Assembly: GCA_000002445.1 (NCBI GenBank) | Contig: CH464491.1 | Location: 4,672,001 to 4,736,000, forward strand | DNA length: 64,000 nt | Reading direction: 5' to 3' | Origin: Trypanosoma brucei | Taxonomy: Eukaryota | Shown here: piece by piece, positions 1-11,491 of the stretch | Numbering within the stretch: position 1 is the stretch's first letter | Layout of the letters: the number at the start of each line of letters is the position of its first letter | Position numbers and translations under genes: made by a program | Notes under the pieces: model-generated | What the model was told of the DNA's origin: nothing | Databases searched by the model: none | Seen by the model: the letters and a program-made list of their open reading frames with translations, nothing else

Positions 1-656
1 AAATCAATCACTTCTAACGTACATTTATTCTTGTGTATTTCACCTACTCTTTGCACCGTTCTCGCTAAAAAATGCACTAAGAAATTTAGCGACAGCAGCT
101 ACACAGAATTCAAACCAGCTTTTTTAACGCCAACATTGGAAGCAACAAGCACCTATTCACCAGCACCGCTACTAATTTTGCGGCCGACCTCCCCCACTGT
201 TGTGTAAAGACTAGTGATTTTTCTTGCATACAAGCTGATGCTCAATGCCTATTCCCTCGCCATTCGCTGCCGCATATGCCAGCCTTACTGCTACCTTAGG
301 CTCAAACATTGCCGCTTGGGTGCGTATGATATATTTGGTGGAGCTTTCGCACTCACATCAGCTTAAAAGCTTCTTGTAAGGTAAGTCATCCACAAATGCA
401 ATCAAATAGCTTCTGTCACCAGAATGTTGCTCTTCATTCCGTTCTTTTCATCACCGTTCTTATATTAACGATAAAAACTCGCAACACACTCCTATCATTA
501 TCATTACTAATATCTATAAAATAAACAAAATAAACCATATTAAAAAAAACTAAGAACAATGCTCATTTGTAACACCTTATTACCCTACTATTTTACACTT
601 ATAGGGAACTATCATAGAAAATTTCAAAATTTCCAATTTTAAGAGTTTTTACAAAT

Positions 657-672
657 GTGTTAAAATGTATCA
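657..672 (-). promoter_or_regulatory. VSG 3'UTR conserved 16-mer-like element (reverse complement reads TGATACATTTTAACAC)
   Basis: Close match to the conserved VSG 3'UTR 16-mer TGATATATTTTAACAC. It lies ~100 bp downstream of the minus-strand VSG stop at 778. Confidence 0.4.
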
Positions 673-777
673 AATCCTCTCAAAACAGAAAATTTTTAAA
701 ATTTTCATATAATGGAGAAAACATCCTTAGAGTTGTAAAATCATAAAATAATACAGAACTTATAAATGCAGAAACAA

Positions 778-2313
778 TCACAGCAATTTCTTATTCACAA
801 GAAAACTGGAATCTTTGAATTTTTCTTCTATCCATCCGCATTTCTCTTCGACTCCTGTGGCTAGTGCTGCATTCTCGGCCTCACATTCCTTTTTTCGTGT
901 GGTAAGAGCACTTTTTACCTGCTTTGTTTCTTTCTTCTGCTTTTCTGCTTTTTGTTTGCCTTCCTCACTCAATGTGCACTTTTTGCCTTCCACATTACTT
1001 TCATCGTAAGTGCACCCCCTACCTTCTAATTTTTTACAGGCTTCTTTGTCGTCTTTTGCTGAATTGCATTCTTTTTCGGCTTTCTCTGCTTTGCCTTCTT
1101 GTTCTTGACCTTCTTGACCCTGCTCTTTCTTTTTAGGTTGCGTTACTGCGTTGCTGGTCGGTTGAATTGCTAGATGTAAGATTGTCGCTAGGGTTTCGTT
1201 AAGTGCTGTCAGTGTTGTTTCAGCTGTCCTTTGTTCCGCGTTTTCACGCTCTGCTTGCTGAAGAGAGGCTGCGGTTGCTTTTAAGCTGTTAAGCCATTCC
1301 GGTCCCTGTCTGACATTGCTAGCTTTTGTGAATGCGGCACATGCTCCTTTGCCATTTGCCGCCTCGCCATCGCAAGCTGCGGTGTTGCTGCCTGCTTGGA
1401 CGGCACCGATGTAATTGACTTTGCCGTCGTTGCCTTTGGGTTCATTTAATAACGCCCCTAGGTCTGATGCAATCTTCAGTAAATGGCTTGCCGTAAGTAC
1501 AGTCGGTTCTGGTGCTACTGCTTTGCAGTGGTTTTCTATTGTTAGCCAGTCTGCTATGCTACTGCCTTGATTCCAGGCGGTCTGCTGTTGTGTTGCTGTC
1601 GCGTAGCAAGCCGTGTTGCTGGTGTCGTCGCTGTTGCCGCTTGATCATAGGCATGCTATGGTTGCTGCAACCGACTTTGTCGCTGACGCTCCTGCGGTCG
1701 TCGGGCCCGCGCCGCATTGCGTTTGTCTGTCAGCTCCTGCGCCGAGTAATTTGGGTGCATTCTTCTCTTGTCCTCCGTACACTGCTGTTGCCAGCAGCGT
1801 TGCTGTGTCCCTGTCCGTCTCTGTTGTCTGAGTTTGTGGCCTGAGTTTGCTTCCAACGGTTTCTATCGCTTGCACTGTTTTTAGGAGTCGCTCTTTTAGT
1901 CCTGACTTGTCTTTAGCTAGCCGCTCCAGCTTGAGTTGTTCGATTGCTGGAAGGTTCTTGAGGTATTGCGCTGCGCTTTGACATGCCTGCCTTTTGCTCG
2001 TCGCACATGGTTCTGGCAGATTTTGTGCGCTTTGCTCGGCTGAAGATGCGTCGTTACTCTGTTGCGCCAGTTTTGTTATCGCTGCGTTTTCGTTCATGAC
2101 TAACCGCATGTGCGCCGCCATTGCCGCAATCTTTACTGCTTCATTTGACGGACTTTCATACCCCTTGGTTGCTGACGTGCTGGTAACTGCTTGACACAGC
2201 AATGTAAAGGGTTTCCTATTGATGCCGTTGACGGGACCGGCTGCGTGTGTGCGCCGAGCTAGCATTGATGCCACTAGTGCCAACTTTATAATCAGCATTT
2301 TGTTTATTAACAT
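778..2313 (-). pseudogene. VSG: VSG pseudogene (A-type N-terminal domain). One frame is open over 511 codons apart from an internal TGA at 1645-1647 and a premature stop inside the GPI-signal tail.
   Basis: ORFs 1645..2313(-) and 778..993(-) are in the same frame; my codon-by-codon reading found no other stop between them. The N-terminus is a signal peptide (MLINKMLIIKLALVASMLA). The C-terminus has the Cys-rich ...CTLSEEGKQ...KFKDSSFLVNKKLL motif, then a stop where the hydrophobic GPI tail should continue. A 3'UTR 16-mer-like element lies downstream. Confidence 0.75.
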
Positions 2314-3649
2314 TGCGGCTACGTTTACAGTCCGTTTTCTGTTTGTGTTGCGCTAAAGATATGCACAATTTCCCTACTTGTGTTTGTGGGTGTTATTCTT
2401 TTTTACTGGTTGTGGTCTCTGAGGCTGTTGTCTTGCTTCGTCTACTGGATGCTGATCGTATTTGTTTGCACAATGTGCTCATGGAAAAAAAGCCGTTTCC
2501 ACACTGGTTGGTGCTAACGGAGGACTGCTGTTAGACAATTGTTCTCGTTGCTTAAGGTGCGTAGCCAGAAATTAAGTCAATATTTTGCCTTGGGCTCTTT
2601 ATTGCTCTTTGAAATACCACAAAACAACCTTCTACCCATTTTCCCTATCACTCCTATTATATTTATGTTAAGCACTCTTAGCTCCTATACTTTCCGTTAA
2701 TAACATTGTTGAAAAATCCTTACCATTGTCCATGATTCTCAGGAAATGTTTGGAAACTAAGTTAGTCGCTTCATTTTTCCACTGTTGAATGAAATCCCCT
2801 CACTTACAATTTACATTCATTGCTGTTATTCTCCTCATTTGTAGTTCGTATTTTTTTCGGTGTTAATCTTTTATTTAGCTACGCTTCATATATTGTTTCA
2901 TTTTCTGTATTCTCTGTGTTTTTATATGCTCTTGTTGTCGTTGTGTGTGAAACGTCTGCTCGCATTATTTTTGTATGACGCCTCTTTTTCGCGTATAACC
3001 AATTGTTGATAGGTGATAGCTTGTTTTGTAATCCGAACCGGACGTTACCTCCATTTAAACACTTCTAGCTCTTCTTTATCGTCAGTCATCACATTTCCTC
3101 TCTATTCCCTTTATTAGGCAAACAACGCCCCATATTCACTCTATCAACTAGCACCGACTTCTAAACTTAATTCTTAAATTGTAGATCCGCTATCATGACA
3201 AAATACACAGCTGCTACCGCATCAGTTGTTGTATTTATTATTTTCGATTAACGTCCGGCGCTTTATCAACTCCTGTTCTTCTTTATGTATTATTTTCCTC
3301 TGTGTTACGTAGCATCGCGTACACTTGTGTCGTTCTAGATTTCCACTACTTTTTTTTTCCTGACACTGTTTATGAACATAATGTGCAGATTCTATTCGGT
3401 CTGTAGATTGTATACTGCACCCTTTCTCTCCCTCATCTCTCTCCTTATCCTCTGCTTGTTTATTATGATGACAATCTTTATGCTTGTGTTTTCCACTGCT
3501 CATGTTACATCTTCATTTCTGTTTTTGTCTTTCTGCGTTTCCTTATATAATATTCTTTGTACTCTCTTTCACATATTTCCCCACTCACTCCCATTACACC
3601 ATTGCCATTGTTTTTGGTGTTTCCGCATCTGCTGCCAATTGGTTATCAT

Positions 3650-3790
3650 TACTGCTCTTATTATAATATTAGTAGACACACTCACAACACTCTCCTATTA
3701 TTATTATTATTACTGCTCATATTATAGTATTCGTATATAAACACTCACAACAATCGTCCTATTATTCTTGCTACTCTTAATGTTACTGCT
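3650..3790 (-). repeat. 70-bp repeat tract (about 2 units, minus orientation) upstream of the VSG at 778-2313
   Basis: Reverse complement of the canonical unit (TAA/TGA)n-GGAGAGTGTTGTGAGTGTGTATATACGAATATTATAATAAGAG. The plus strand here reads CTCTTATTATAATATT...CACTCACAACACTCTCCTATTATTATTATTA. Confidence 0.8.
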
Positions 3791-4053
3791 ATAACCCAAA
3801 GCAATAACTAAGAATTGGAAGTAAAATTATGGAAAAAATATTACAGAATAGCGGTTTCTTTTAATACCTTATCAACGTCCAATTTCACACCCATAGGTCA
3901 ATTCATACACATTTCTTAATTTTTATAATTCTCAAATTTTCACTAGTTTGCGGTTTTTCATGAAAAGTTTTAAAGCTAATTAAATTTTAGTAGTTGGAGC
4001 ACATTCTCTCAAAATAAGAAATTTCATAAATTTGAGCAAAAATCCTTATATTC

Positions 4054-5520
4054 TTAAAATGCTTTCATACTTATATAAGCAACTGTCATCAGGGAGACTT
4101 TCTTATTGACGAGAAAACTGAAGTCTATGCACTTGTTTTCTTCCTATTTACAATTCTGTGCTTTTTTACAGGCGTCCTGTGTTGAATGGCTGCGCAAACC
4201 TCATCTTTTTTATCCCCGTCTTTCTTGTCTCCTGATTTGTCTTCTGTGCTTGTTTTCTTATCAGATTCTTTTTCCTCATACTTTGAGCCGGTTGCTGTTT
4301 CTTTGGGTTTGAGGAGTTCGGTTTTTCGCAAAACCGCGATCGCTGATCACACTTTAGAGCCTGCCACAATTTTAGACAGTTGCTCACTCCCCGTGTTCTC
4401 GCCGCTTGCATATTGGTATTCTGTTGTTGCCGCTCCCTTGATGTAAGTGCTTTCGAAAGATTCAGTATCCTTTCCAAAAACGTCGTTTAGTATGTTCTCT
4501 GTCTTCGTATTTGTTGCTTTCTTTCTCTCCGTACAACGTTGCTATAGCGTCTTTGATGTGCTGGTTACCAGCTAGGTTATCTAGTTTGATCGCACTTAGC
4601 GCTTGAAGTTGCGCTGATTGTTCTAGGCCCTTGCAGATAACAGCTGTGACTTCGCCGTCAGTTGGCCAAAGCTTCTTAGTGACTCCTTGTAAGTCGCCAC
4701 ACACTTTTGTGCTTCTGCCGGTTTTGAGCTCTGTGTCTGTCCCTGCTAGCGTTGCGAAAAGCTTGTTTGACCACAGTATCAGCCTGATTTTGCGGTTGTT
4801 GGCTCCGGAGGTCTCACCGTCTGAGCACTTCAGGTTGTCGGTGTCTTACCCCCAGTTCTGTCCTGCGTTGTCGGCTTTTGTACATTTGAGTATTGGTTTG
4901 CCAAACAAAGCTAGAGATTTGAGCTTGTCGTCCTTTATTAAGCTTATTTTGGTGGTCTTTGCATCCGCTAGTGTTGTGCCTTCGTGCGTTATTTGTCCTT
5001 TGCCGTCTAGATCACAGTTTAGCACCGCCGCCGGTGTTGGGTTTAAGTTCGAGCTGGATGTCTGGGGTTGCGCTTGGCCAACCGCTGACTGCGTCGATGT
5101 CATCTGAAATTTTGCCTGTGTTCAGTAGCATTTCTTGTGCCACAGCGCCAATTCTACGGTTGATTACTATTGCCGCCGTCGCGGTTGTCTGCTCTAAATT
5201 TGATAGCTTGGTTTACTGTGCTGCATTTTCCGCCTCGTCCATTGCGTGAAGCAGAGCAAATGCAATTCGCTTTTTGCCTGTTGCTTTTAGGCTCGTCGCG
5301 TCCGGTGTTTCGCCTGCCTTTGGTTCGCGCTGAGGGTTTGACGGGCGTCTACAGTTTTCCGCTAGTTGTCTGCTAGCTTTTTTGCTAGATACTGCAGGAG
5401 CCAACAAGGGGTGTTCAGCTTGTTTGAGGGGCTGCTGTCTTCTATCGTTGTTGCAAGTGCTGCCGTAACTACCACTATTGCCACGAGTAATAGCTTTTAC
5501 GTTTGTCTAGTTCGATTCAT
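4054..5520 (-). pseudogene. VSG: VSG pseudogene with multiple frameshifts and an in-frame TAA at codon 8
   Basis: Minus-strand ORF fragments 5213..5407, 4846..5103, 4462..4704 and 4125..4331 lie in VSG-like order. The ATG at 5520 is followed by MNRTRQT, a stop, then KLLLVAIVVVTAALATT (signal peptide). The C-terminus reads ...KCIDFSFLVNKKVSLMTVAYISMKAF with a stop at 4054. Confidence 0.65.
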
Positions 5521-5575
5521 CTGCTTGAATGTGTAACTTGTTAGTTTGATGCTGTATGCTTGCTTGTCTTAGCCA

Positions 5576-7986
5576 CCCTGGCGATGCATGCTACCTCAAC
5601 GTGGTTCCAGGGTCCAGTACCCCGTATCATCGGGGGAAGCCAAGAGCCAGCAGCGTTCCTTTCATGGGGAACACTGCTTTGCTCCGGATACGGCATCATA
5701 CAGCACAGGGATCAGCAGTGTCTTGCTGGGACACCGTTTTTCATTTGTCGGTCCCTGGGCACGCGCCAGCGTACCATCAGCAGTATCATCCGCACTAAGA
5801 TGCTGCTGTCCGGTGATGTGGAAGAGAATCCCGGCCCGTCGTTGCGCGGGATGCAGTGGAACTGCGCCGGGCTATCTCAAGGAGAGAGATTAGCACTCCA
5901 CAAAACCCTTGTTGATGAGCGGATCGCCTTTTGTCTGTTGAGCGAGACAAGGATGACGCCTGGAGAGGCGGCTTGCTTTAGCGTTGCTGGCTACCAACAT
6001 CACGAAATAGCTCGTAACTGCAAAGGAGGTGGTGTATCAATACTAGTGAGGGAGGACCTACCAGTCGAGACCGGTATGGCTGTTGTTGGTCGCATTGAAC
6101 AAGTGCATGCAACAATTCACCTTGCACGTGGAACGGCGCTGACTGTCACGTCGGCATACATCCCACCAAAACACACCTTCACGGCAACTGACCTAGATAC
6201 GCTTCTGACGACTGACGGGGCCCAGCTCATCGGTGTAGAGGCTAACGCACACGCGTTGGCATGGGATCGCGCGAGCCCACCAAATACCAAGGGTGAAACC
6301 CTCACACAGTGGTGCATTGACAACCAGTTTCTGGTCTGCAACACTGGTGAGTGCGCCATTTACACACGCCACCACGGGGAGTCCACCCCTGATGTGACAC
6401 TGTCAAGGAATTGTACAGTGTACACGTGGGCATCGCTGTATTCTTCCGATAGCGATCACCATCACATATTTTTCGAGGTTATCGTTGGAGACGACACAGA
6501 TGCACTGAGTTGCCCGCGGCTTCGAAAGCCCATGTACGCATGGCTAAAAGCTGACTGGAGGAATTTCCGTCTCAAGGTTGACGAGCTCTGCAGGAAAATT
6601 GGTAGAGAGAAGAACGTCAACACCCTGGAACAGAAATTGAGCTCCGCCATCTGCATTGCAACGAAGGTCTCCGTCCCCCGTGGCTGCAGAGTAACGCCAC
6701 CACATTGGACACCTGAGCTCGCGAAACTCGATGAAGAGATCGCTGGATGCGGACCCTCCCACCGAAGGGAAAAGTTGGTAGCCACGCGTAAGCAGATCCT
6801 GGACCGTACCACAAAGAAGAGATGGAGCACGCTATGCTCCAGACTTGCGGTGTCAGACCGCTGCAGTTGGCACATTGTCAAGAAGGTATATGCGCCACGA
6901 CCACTAACCACACCGGCTGTACTTGTTGATAACGCGGCCATCACGGACTACCGTCAAGCTAAGAGGTTCATTAAACTGTACTCGTCCCGCGCAAGAAGGC
7001 ACCCCGACTCACACCCACCGGCACCAATAAAGACGATAGCGAGTGAGTTCAGTCCCATCACGATGGCTGAACTACGGAGATCGATCAAACTGCTACCGAG
7101 TGGATCCGCAGCCGGACCTGATTGCTTATACAACGAGGCACTGCAACATCTCGGCAGAACAGCGCTGAATGTTGTTCTGAGGCTATTCAATGAGAGCCTA
7201 CGAACGGGAGTCGTGCCACCTGCATGGAAGACTGGTGTTATCATCCCCATCCTGAAGGCCGCAAAAAAGGGGGAGGACCTCGAATCTTATAGGCCTGTGA
7301 CGCTCACGAGCTGTCTCTGCAAAGTCATGGAACGCATAATTGCCGCGAGACTTAGAGACACTGTTGAGTCCCAGCTGACGCCGCAGCAATCAGGCTTTCG
7401 CCCCGGATGCTCAACGCTCGAACAACTCCTGCACGTCCGCGCTGCCCTCTGCCGTCCAACGCACCAATATCGTACGGGTGCTGTATTCGTTGACTACGAG
7501 AAGGCATTTGATACAGTAGACCACGACAAAATTGCGAGGGAAATGCACAGAATGAAGGTATCATCCCACATTGTGAAGTGGTGCGTATCATTTCTGAGTA
7601 ACCGAACTGGCAGAGTGAGATTCAAGGAGAAGCTTTCCAGAAGCAGAACATTTGAGCGAGGAGTGCCACAAGGAACTGTCCTTGGCCCAATCATGTTCAT
7701 TATTGTCATGAACTCGTTGAGCCAACGCCTTGCAGAAGTGCCGTTACTGCAGCACGGATTCTTTGCAGACGACCTGACGCTACTTGCGAGGCACACAGAG
7801 AGGAATGTCATCAACCACACAGTACAATGCGGTCTCAACGTGGTGTTACAGTGGTCAAAAAAGGACTTTATGTCTGTCAACGTAGCGAAAACAAAGTGCA
7901 CACTCTTCGGGTGTATAGAGCGCCACCCCCTTACATTACAACTGGACGGCGAAAGAATAGGAGCTGACAGGCACCGAAGCTTCTAG
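5576..7986 (+). pseudogene. ingi #1 ORF fragment: N-terminal 2A-like region, AP-endonuclease and RT domains, ended by a 1-bp deletion near 7965
   Basis: ORF 5560..7986. ingi #2 has GACAGGACACCGAAG where ingi #1 has GACAGGCACCGAAG. The RT motifs are present. Confidence 0.8.
5815..5838 (+). other. 2A-like self-cleaving peptide motif DVEENPGP in the ingi N-terminus
   Basis: GATGTGGAAGAGAATCCCGGCCCG encodes DVEENPGP, which fits the DxExNPGP consensus described for the N-terminus of L1Tc/ingi polyproteins. Confidence 0.75.
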
Positions 7987-8012
7987 GAGTAACATTCCAG
8001 TGTCTGCAAGGA

Positions 8013-8930
8013 ATGGCAACACATGCGGCAGAGACAAGACGCAAGATGGACTTCAGACTACTGCAGATAGCAGCCATCTCAGCTTCTACATGGGGGCCAA
8101 GACGACAAGTACTGAGAGCTTTTTATCTAGCACTCGTACAGGCACATACCATGTATGGCATTGAGGTATGGTACTGGGACGCTTCGAAACGAAGTCGCGA
8201 TCTCCTTGCAGCAGCACAACACAAAGCCAGTCGAATCATAGCTGGCATACCGCATGGGACGCGCAAAGAGGACTCTCTGCTGGAAGCAAACCTCCTGCCA
8301 CTCAAGACGACCACTCTTGTGCGCAGCATGAAATTCATGCTGATGTGTGAGTCACGAGGCGGATGTTTGCGGCGCAGTGCTGAGGAAGTATACCACAGAA
8401 AACACCCAGACAGAGTCTTACATTCCCGCATCATGCGGTCTTATCCCCACCTCCGCATTGAGCCACGCGAGCACCCACTAGAGACATCGACGCTCCGCCA
8501 CAGCTGCCGATCACTATTTCACACGCAGATAAAGCCTGCGTGCGCTGATGACTCTGACGGTGTCAAAAGGGAGGCTTCCGAAAAGTGGATTGCACGGCAT
8601 TTTGCACGGAGGGGGAAGGAGCCACCGCGACGAGAGCACTACGAATTGTGGACTGATGGATCCGTGTCCCTCGGTGAGAAGTCCGGAGCAGCTGCCCTGC
8701 TCTATAGAAACAACACGCTGATTTGTGCACCCAAGACCGGAGCAGGGGAACTCTCATGTAGTTACAGAGCGGAATGCGTAGCATTAGAGATAGGACTGCA
8801 ACGGCTGCTGAAATGGCTTCCGGCATACAGAAGCACACCGAGCAGGTTGTCCATCTTCTCTGACTCGCTGTCAATGTTAACAGCACTGCAGACAGGCCTC
8901 CTAGCCGTAACGGACCCAATTCTAAGATGA
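8013..8930 (+). pseudogene. ingi #1 ORF fragment: RT C-terminal part and RNase H
   Basis: ORF 8013..8930 contains the RNase H-like ELWTDGSVSLGEKSGAAALLYRNNTLICAPKTGAGELSCSYRAECVALEIG. Confidence 0.75.
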
Positions 8931-8987
8931 CTATGGAGGCTTCTGCTTCAAGTTCAGAGAAGGAAGATACGTATCCGACTGCAATTT

Positions 8988-10379
8988 GTGTTTGGCCATT
9001 GTGGCGTGAAACGGAATGAGGTTTGCGATGAAATGGCCAAAAAGGCCGCTGATTTACCACAGCTGCGAGATACATGGATCCCCGACATCATTGCTTATGC
9101 GAAGCGAGTGCTTAGGTCGGAAGAAGTCCATGAGAACACTCATAGGTTTGGTATCACGGGCAACCACTTTCCAACAAAACATAAAGAAGAACTGACGAGG
9201 GAAGAAGAAACGGGACTGGCACGGTTTCGGGTTGGGTCTTCAAGGCACTATGGATGGATGTTGCGAAAGATCAACCCGAGTGTGCCTCCACAGTGCCGAT
9301 GGTGCAACCCGCAACATGTAGCGATAGGGCCAACAATACAAACAGTCCCACCTGTTGCGACACGCACTCTTCAGAGAACCTCCGAACCGACCAAATGTAC
9401 GGAATGTGATGCCACATACCAATGCCGCTCGAGTGCTGTAACGCATATGGTAAACAAACACGTCTTTGTGCGAGCTGATGCCCTCCGGAGGATCAAATAC
9501 GGCGATGCAACACCTGCAGTGGACATCCCCCCGGAGCCCCCTCCAGTGGTGGTGATCGTTCCTCTACCATCGAGCACACGAGTCCCGATGAGACCGTAGG
9601 TGCTTTATTGTACCCTCTGTGCCTCCAAATTCGCAGTGCCAGGCCGACTATTACACCACCTTAGAACAATACATGGCATAGGTAGCGGTAGTTGCCGCGT
9701 GAAAAGGGGGCGAGAGAACGAGGACTCAGTGCAAGGAGATGGTAGATCCCCAGCAGCGCCAGCCTCTCAGGATACACGGAAGCTGCCATTTCAATGTGAC
9801 CTGTGCGAGGCGAGCTTCGGTACACGCTCTTCCCTGTCACTACACAAGAAATTCAAACATAAGAGCATGGTGACGGAGGACGGTACCGTGGTGGTGGTGC
9901 AATTCCCTCGTAAGCGTGCCCGTGAGGGAAACGTTGACGCCCCGGGGAAGGGCGAGGTGCAGTGTGGTGTGTGCCAAAAAGTGCTCAGTTGCAGGGACTC
10001 CCTCATCCGACACTGTAAGGCTTTCCACAAAGGTGAGGGAGTCGAGCTTAAATGCAGCAAAAGCACAAAATTGTGTGCCACTGATTCCCCGCATACAAAC
10101 ACATCCATGTTGGTGTACCCGACATGCGGAAGGCAGTGTGCTAACAAAACTGGCCTCACCCTACATCAAAAGAAGATGCACGGTATGAAGGTAGAGCGCG
10201 CTGTTACCAGCCAACGCGGCGACTGCGAAGAAACGTCGCTGCACTTGATGAGCTGTCCCGGTTTGAAGGAGTTACGTGTCAGTTTTGCGGTAGAAGGTGT
10301 GTGTGTGTGCAGGATGTATGTTTTTCCAAAAGGCTGGTGTAGTTTCTCATTGCGGTTGAACGGAGCCGGCCGCAGGTGA
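8988..10379 (+). pseudogene. ingi #1 ORF fragments: C-terminal C2H2 zinc-finger region
   Basis: ORFs 8988..9599 and 9600..10379 carry the C2H2 fingers LYCTLCASKFAVPGRLLHHLRTIHG, FQCDLCEASFGTRSSLSLHKKFKHK, VQCGVCQKVLSCRDSLIRHCKAFHKGE and CGRQCANKTGLTLHQKKMHG. Confidence 0.75.
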
Positions 10380-10837
10380 AGTCCTCACCTAAGGTAACAG
10401 TCATACAACCCACTCTCCCTTCTGCAACTTCCCCCCTTATTGCCGAGTGTGGAGCTAGCAGGAAAAGCACCGGACGCGGGAGTAGTCCAGACACCCTCAG
10501 AGACAGAGGAGGTATGCAGTCAGCAAGCAACAAAAACAGAAAGAGGGAGAGGGGGAGAGAATAATAAACAAATAACAAAAATCAAAACAAAAGGACTGCT
10601 AATTGACATCTTTTGGAGAGTCCGGGGTGGGGGGCTTCTCGCCCCATCTGCTGTATTCTGTTCAACTGCGGAGCTACAACAAAAATTATAGAGGGTGTGT
10701 TAGGATGAATAAAAAAAGGGAGACTCTGCCACAGTCGCCAGACCGATAGCATCTCAGGGCTCTACGGTGATGGCTGATGGCCGCGCCAGTGGGGGGAAAC
10801 TCTCACGAAGGCACGAAGAAAATTCCAAAAAAAAAAA

Positions 10838-11491
10838 TGAGCTGGGCACCGTCAGTTGTCAGAAGCGTATCTAGGTCAGTTGCCGTGAATGTGTATTTTG
10901 GTGGGATGTATCCCGACGTGACAGTCAGCGCCGTTTCACGTGCAAGGTGAAATGTTGCATGCACTTGTTCAATGCGACCAATAACGGCTATACCGGTCTC
11001 GACTGGTAGGTCCCCCCTCACTAGTATTGATACACCACCTCCTTTGCAGTTACGAGCTATTCCGTGATGTTGGTAGCCAGCAACGCTAAAGCAAGCCGCC
11101 CCTCCAGGCGTCATCCTTGTCTCACTCAACAAACAAAAGGCGATCCGCTCATCAACAAGGGTTTTGTGGAGTGCTAATCTCTTTCCTTGAGATAGCCCGG
11201 CGCAGTTCCACTGCATCCCGCGCGACGACGGGCCGGGATTCTCTTCCACATCACCGGACAGCAGCATCTTAGTGCGGATGATACTGCTGATGACACGCTG
11301 GCACGTGCCCAGGGACCGACAAATGAAAAACGGTGTCCCAGCAAGACGCTGCTGATCCCTGTGCTGTATGATGCCGTAGCCGGAGCAAAGCAGTGTTCCC
11401 CATGAAAGGAGCGCTGCTGGCTCTTGGCTTCCCCCGATGATACGGGGTACTGGACCCTGGCACCACGTTGAGGTGGCCGGCATCGCCAGGG
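10838..11491 (-). mobile_element. Inverted ingi 5' segment (ingi nt 1 to ~655), Pr77-like start through DGAQLI
   Basis: ORF 10803..11483(-) encodes MPATSTWCQGPVPRIIGGSQEPAALLSW...KMLLSGDVEENPGPSSRGMQWN...LLTTDGAQLI, which is collinear with the ingi #1 N-terminus. The reverse complement of 11472-11491 is CCCTGGCGATGCCGGCCACC. The 13-nt GGTGCCCAGCTCA sits at 11492 and in inverted orientation at 10838. Confidence 0.8.
11229..11252 (-). other. 2A-like motif DVEENPGP (intact) in the inverted ingi segment
   Basis: The reverse complement encodes GDVEENPGP. Confidence 0.7.

Larger units (their letters stand above)
5576..10837 (+). mobile_element. ingi non-LTR retroposon #1, full length (~5.26 kb), degenerate
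   Basis: The 5' end CCCTGGCGATGC...CCTCAACGTGGTTCCAGGGTCCAGTACCCCGTATCATCGGGGG is a Pr77-like start. A single long coding region is split by stops and frameshifts. It encodes an APE-type endonuclease (SDSDHHHIFFEV), reverse transcriptase (QHGFFADDLTLLA), RNase H (ELWTDGSVSLGEKSGAAALLY) and a C2H2 zinc-finger region. The 3' end reads ...GGCACGAAGAAAATTCC followed by A11. Confidence 0.9.

Noticed and set aside
3222-3740. Short ORFs (93 aa and 122 aa) in the AT-rich spacer upstream of VSG A
   Set aside because: Low complexity, overlapping the 70-bp repeat and spacer. No coding signature.
5560-5575. Extension of the ingi ORF 16 bp upstream of the element start
   Set aside because: The six-frame ORF starts at an alternative start codon in flanking DNA. 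The element boundary is set by the conserved CCCTGGCG 5' end.
6462-6944. 160-aa antisense ORF inside ingi #1. Equivalent ORFs recur in every ingi copy (11737..12219, 22301..22852, 29220..29606), as does the 134-aa MLFVYYSLPLFLFLLLVDC… ORF antisense to the ingi 3' region (15107..15511, 18980..19384, 25899..26303, 62436..62840).
   Set aside because: They recur because the ingi nucleotide sequence is conserved. They have no domain content and lie opposite the well-defined ingi sense ORF.
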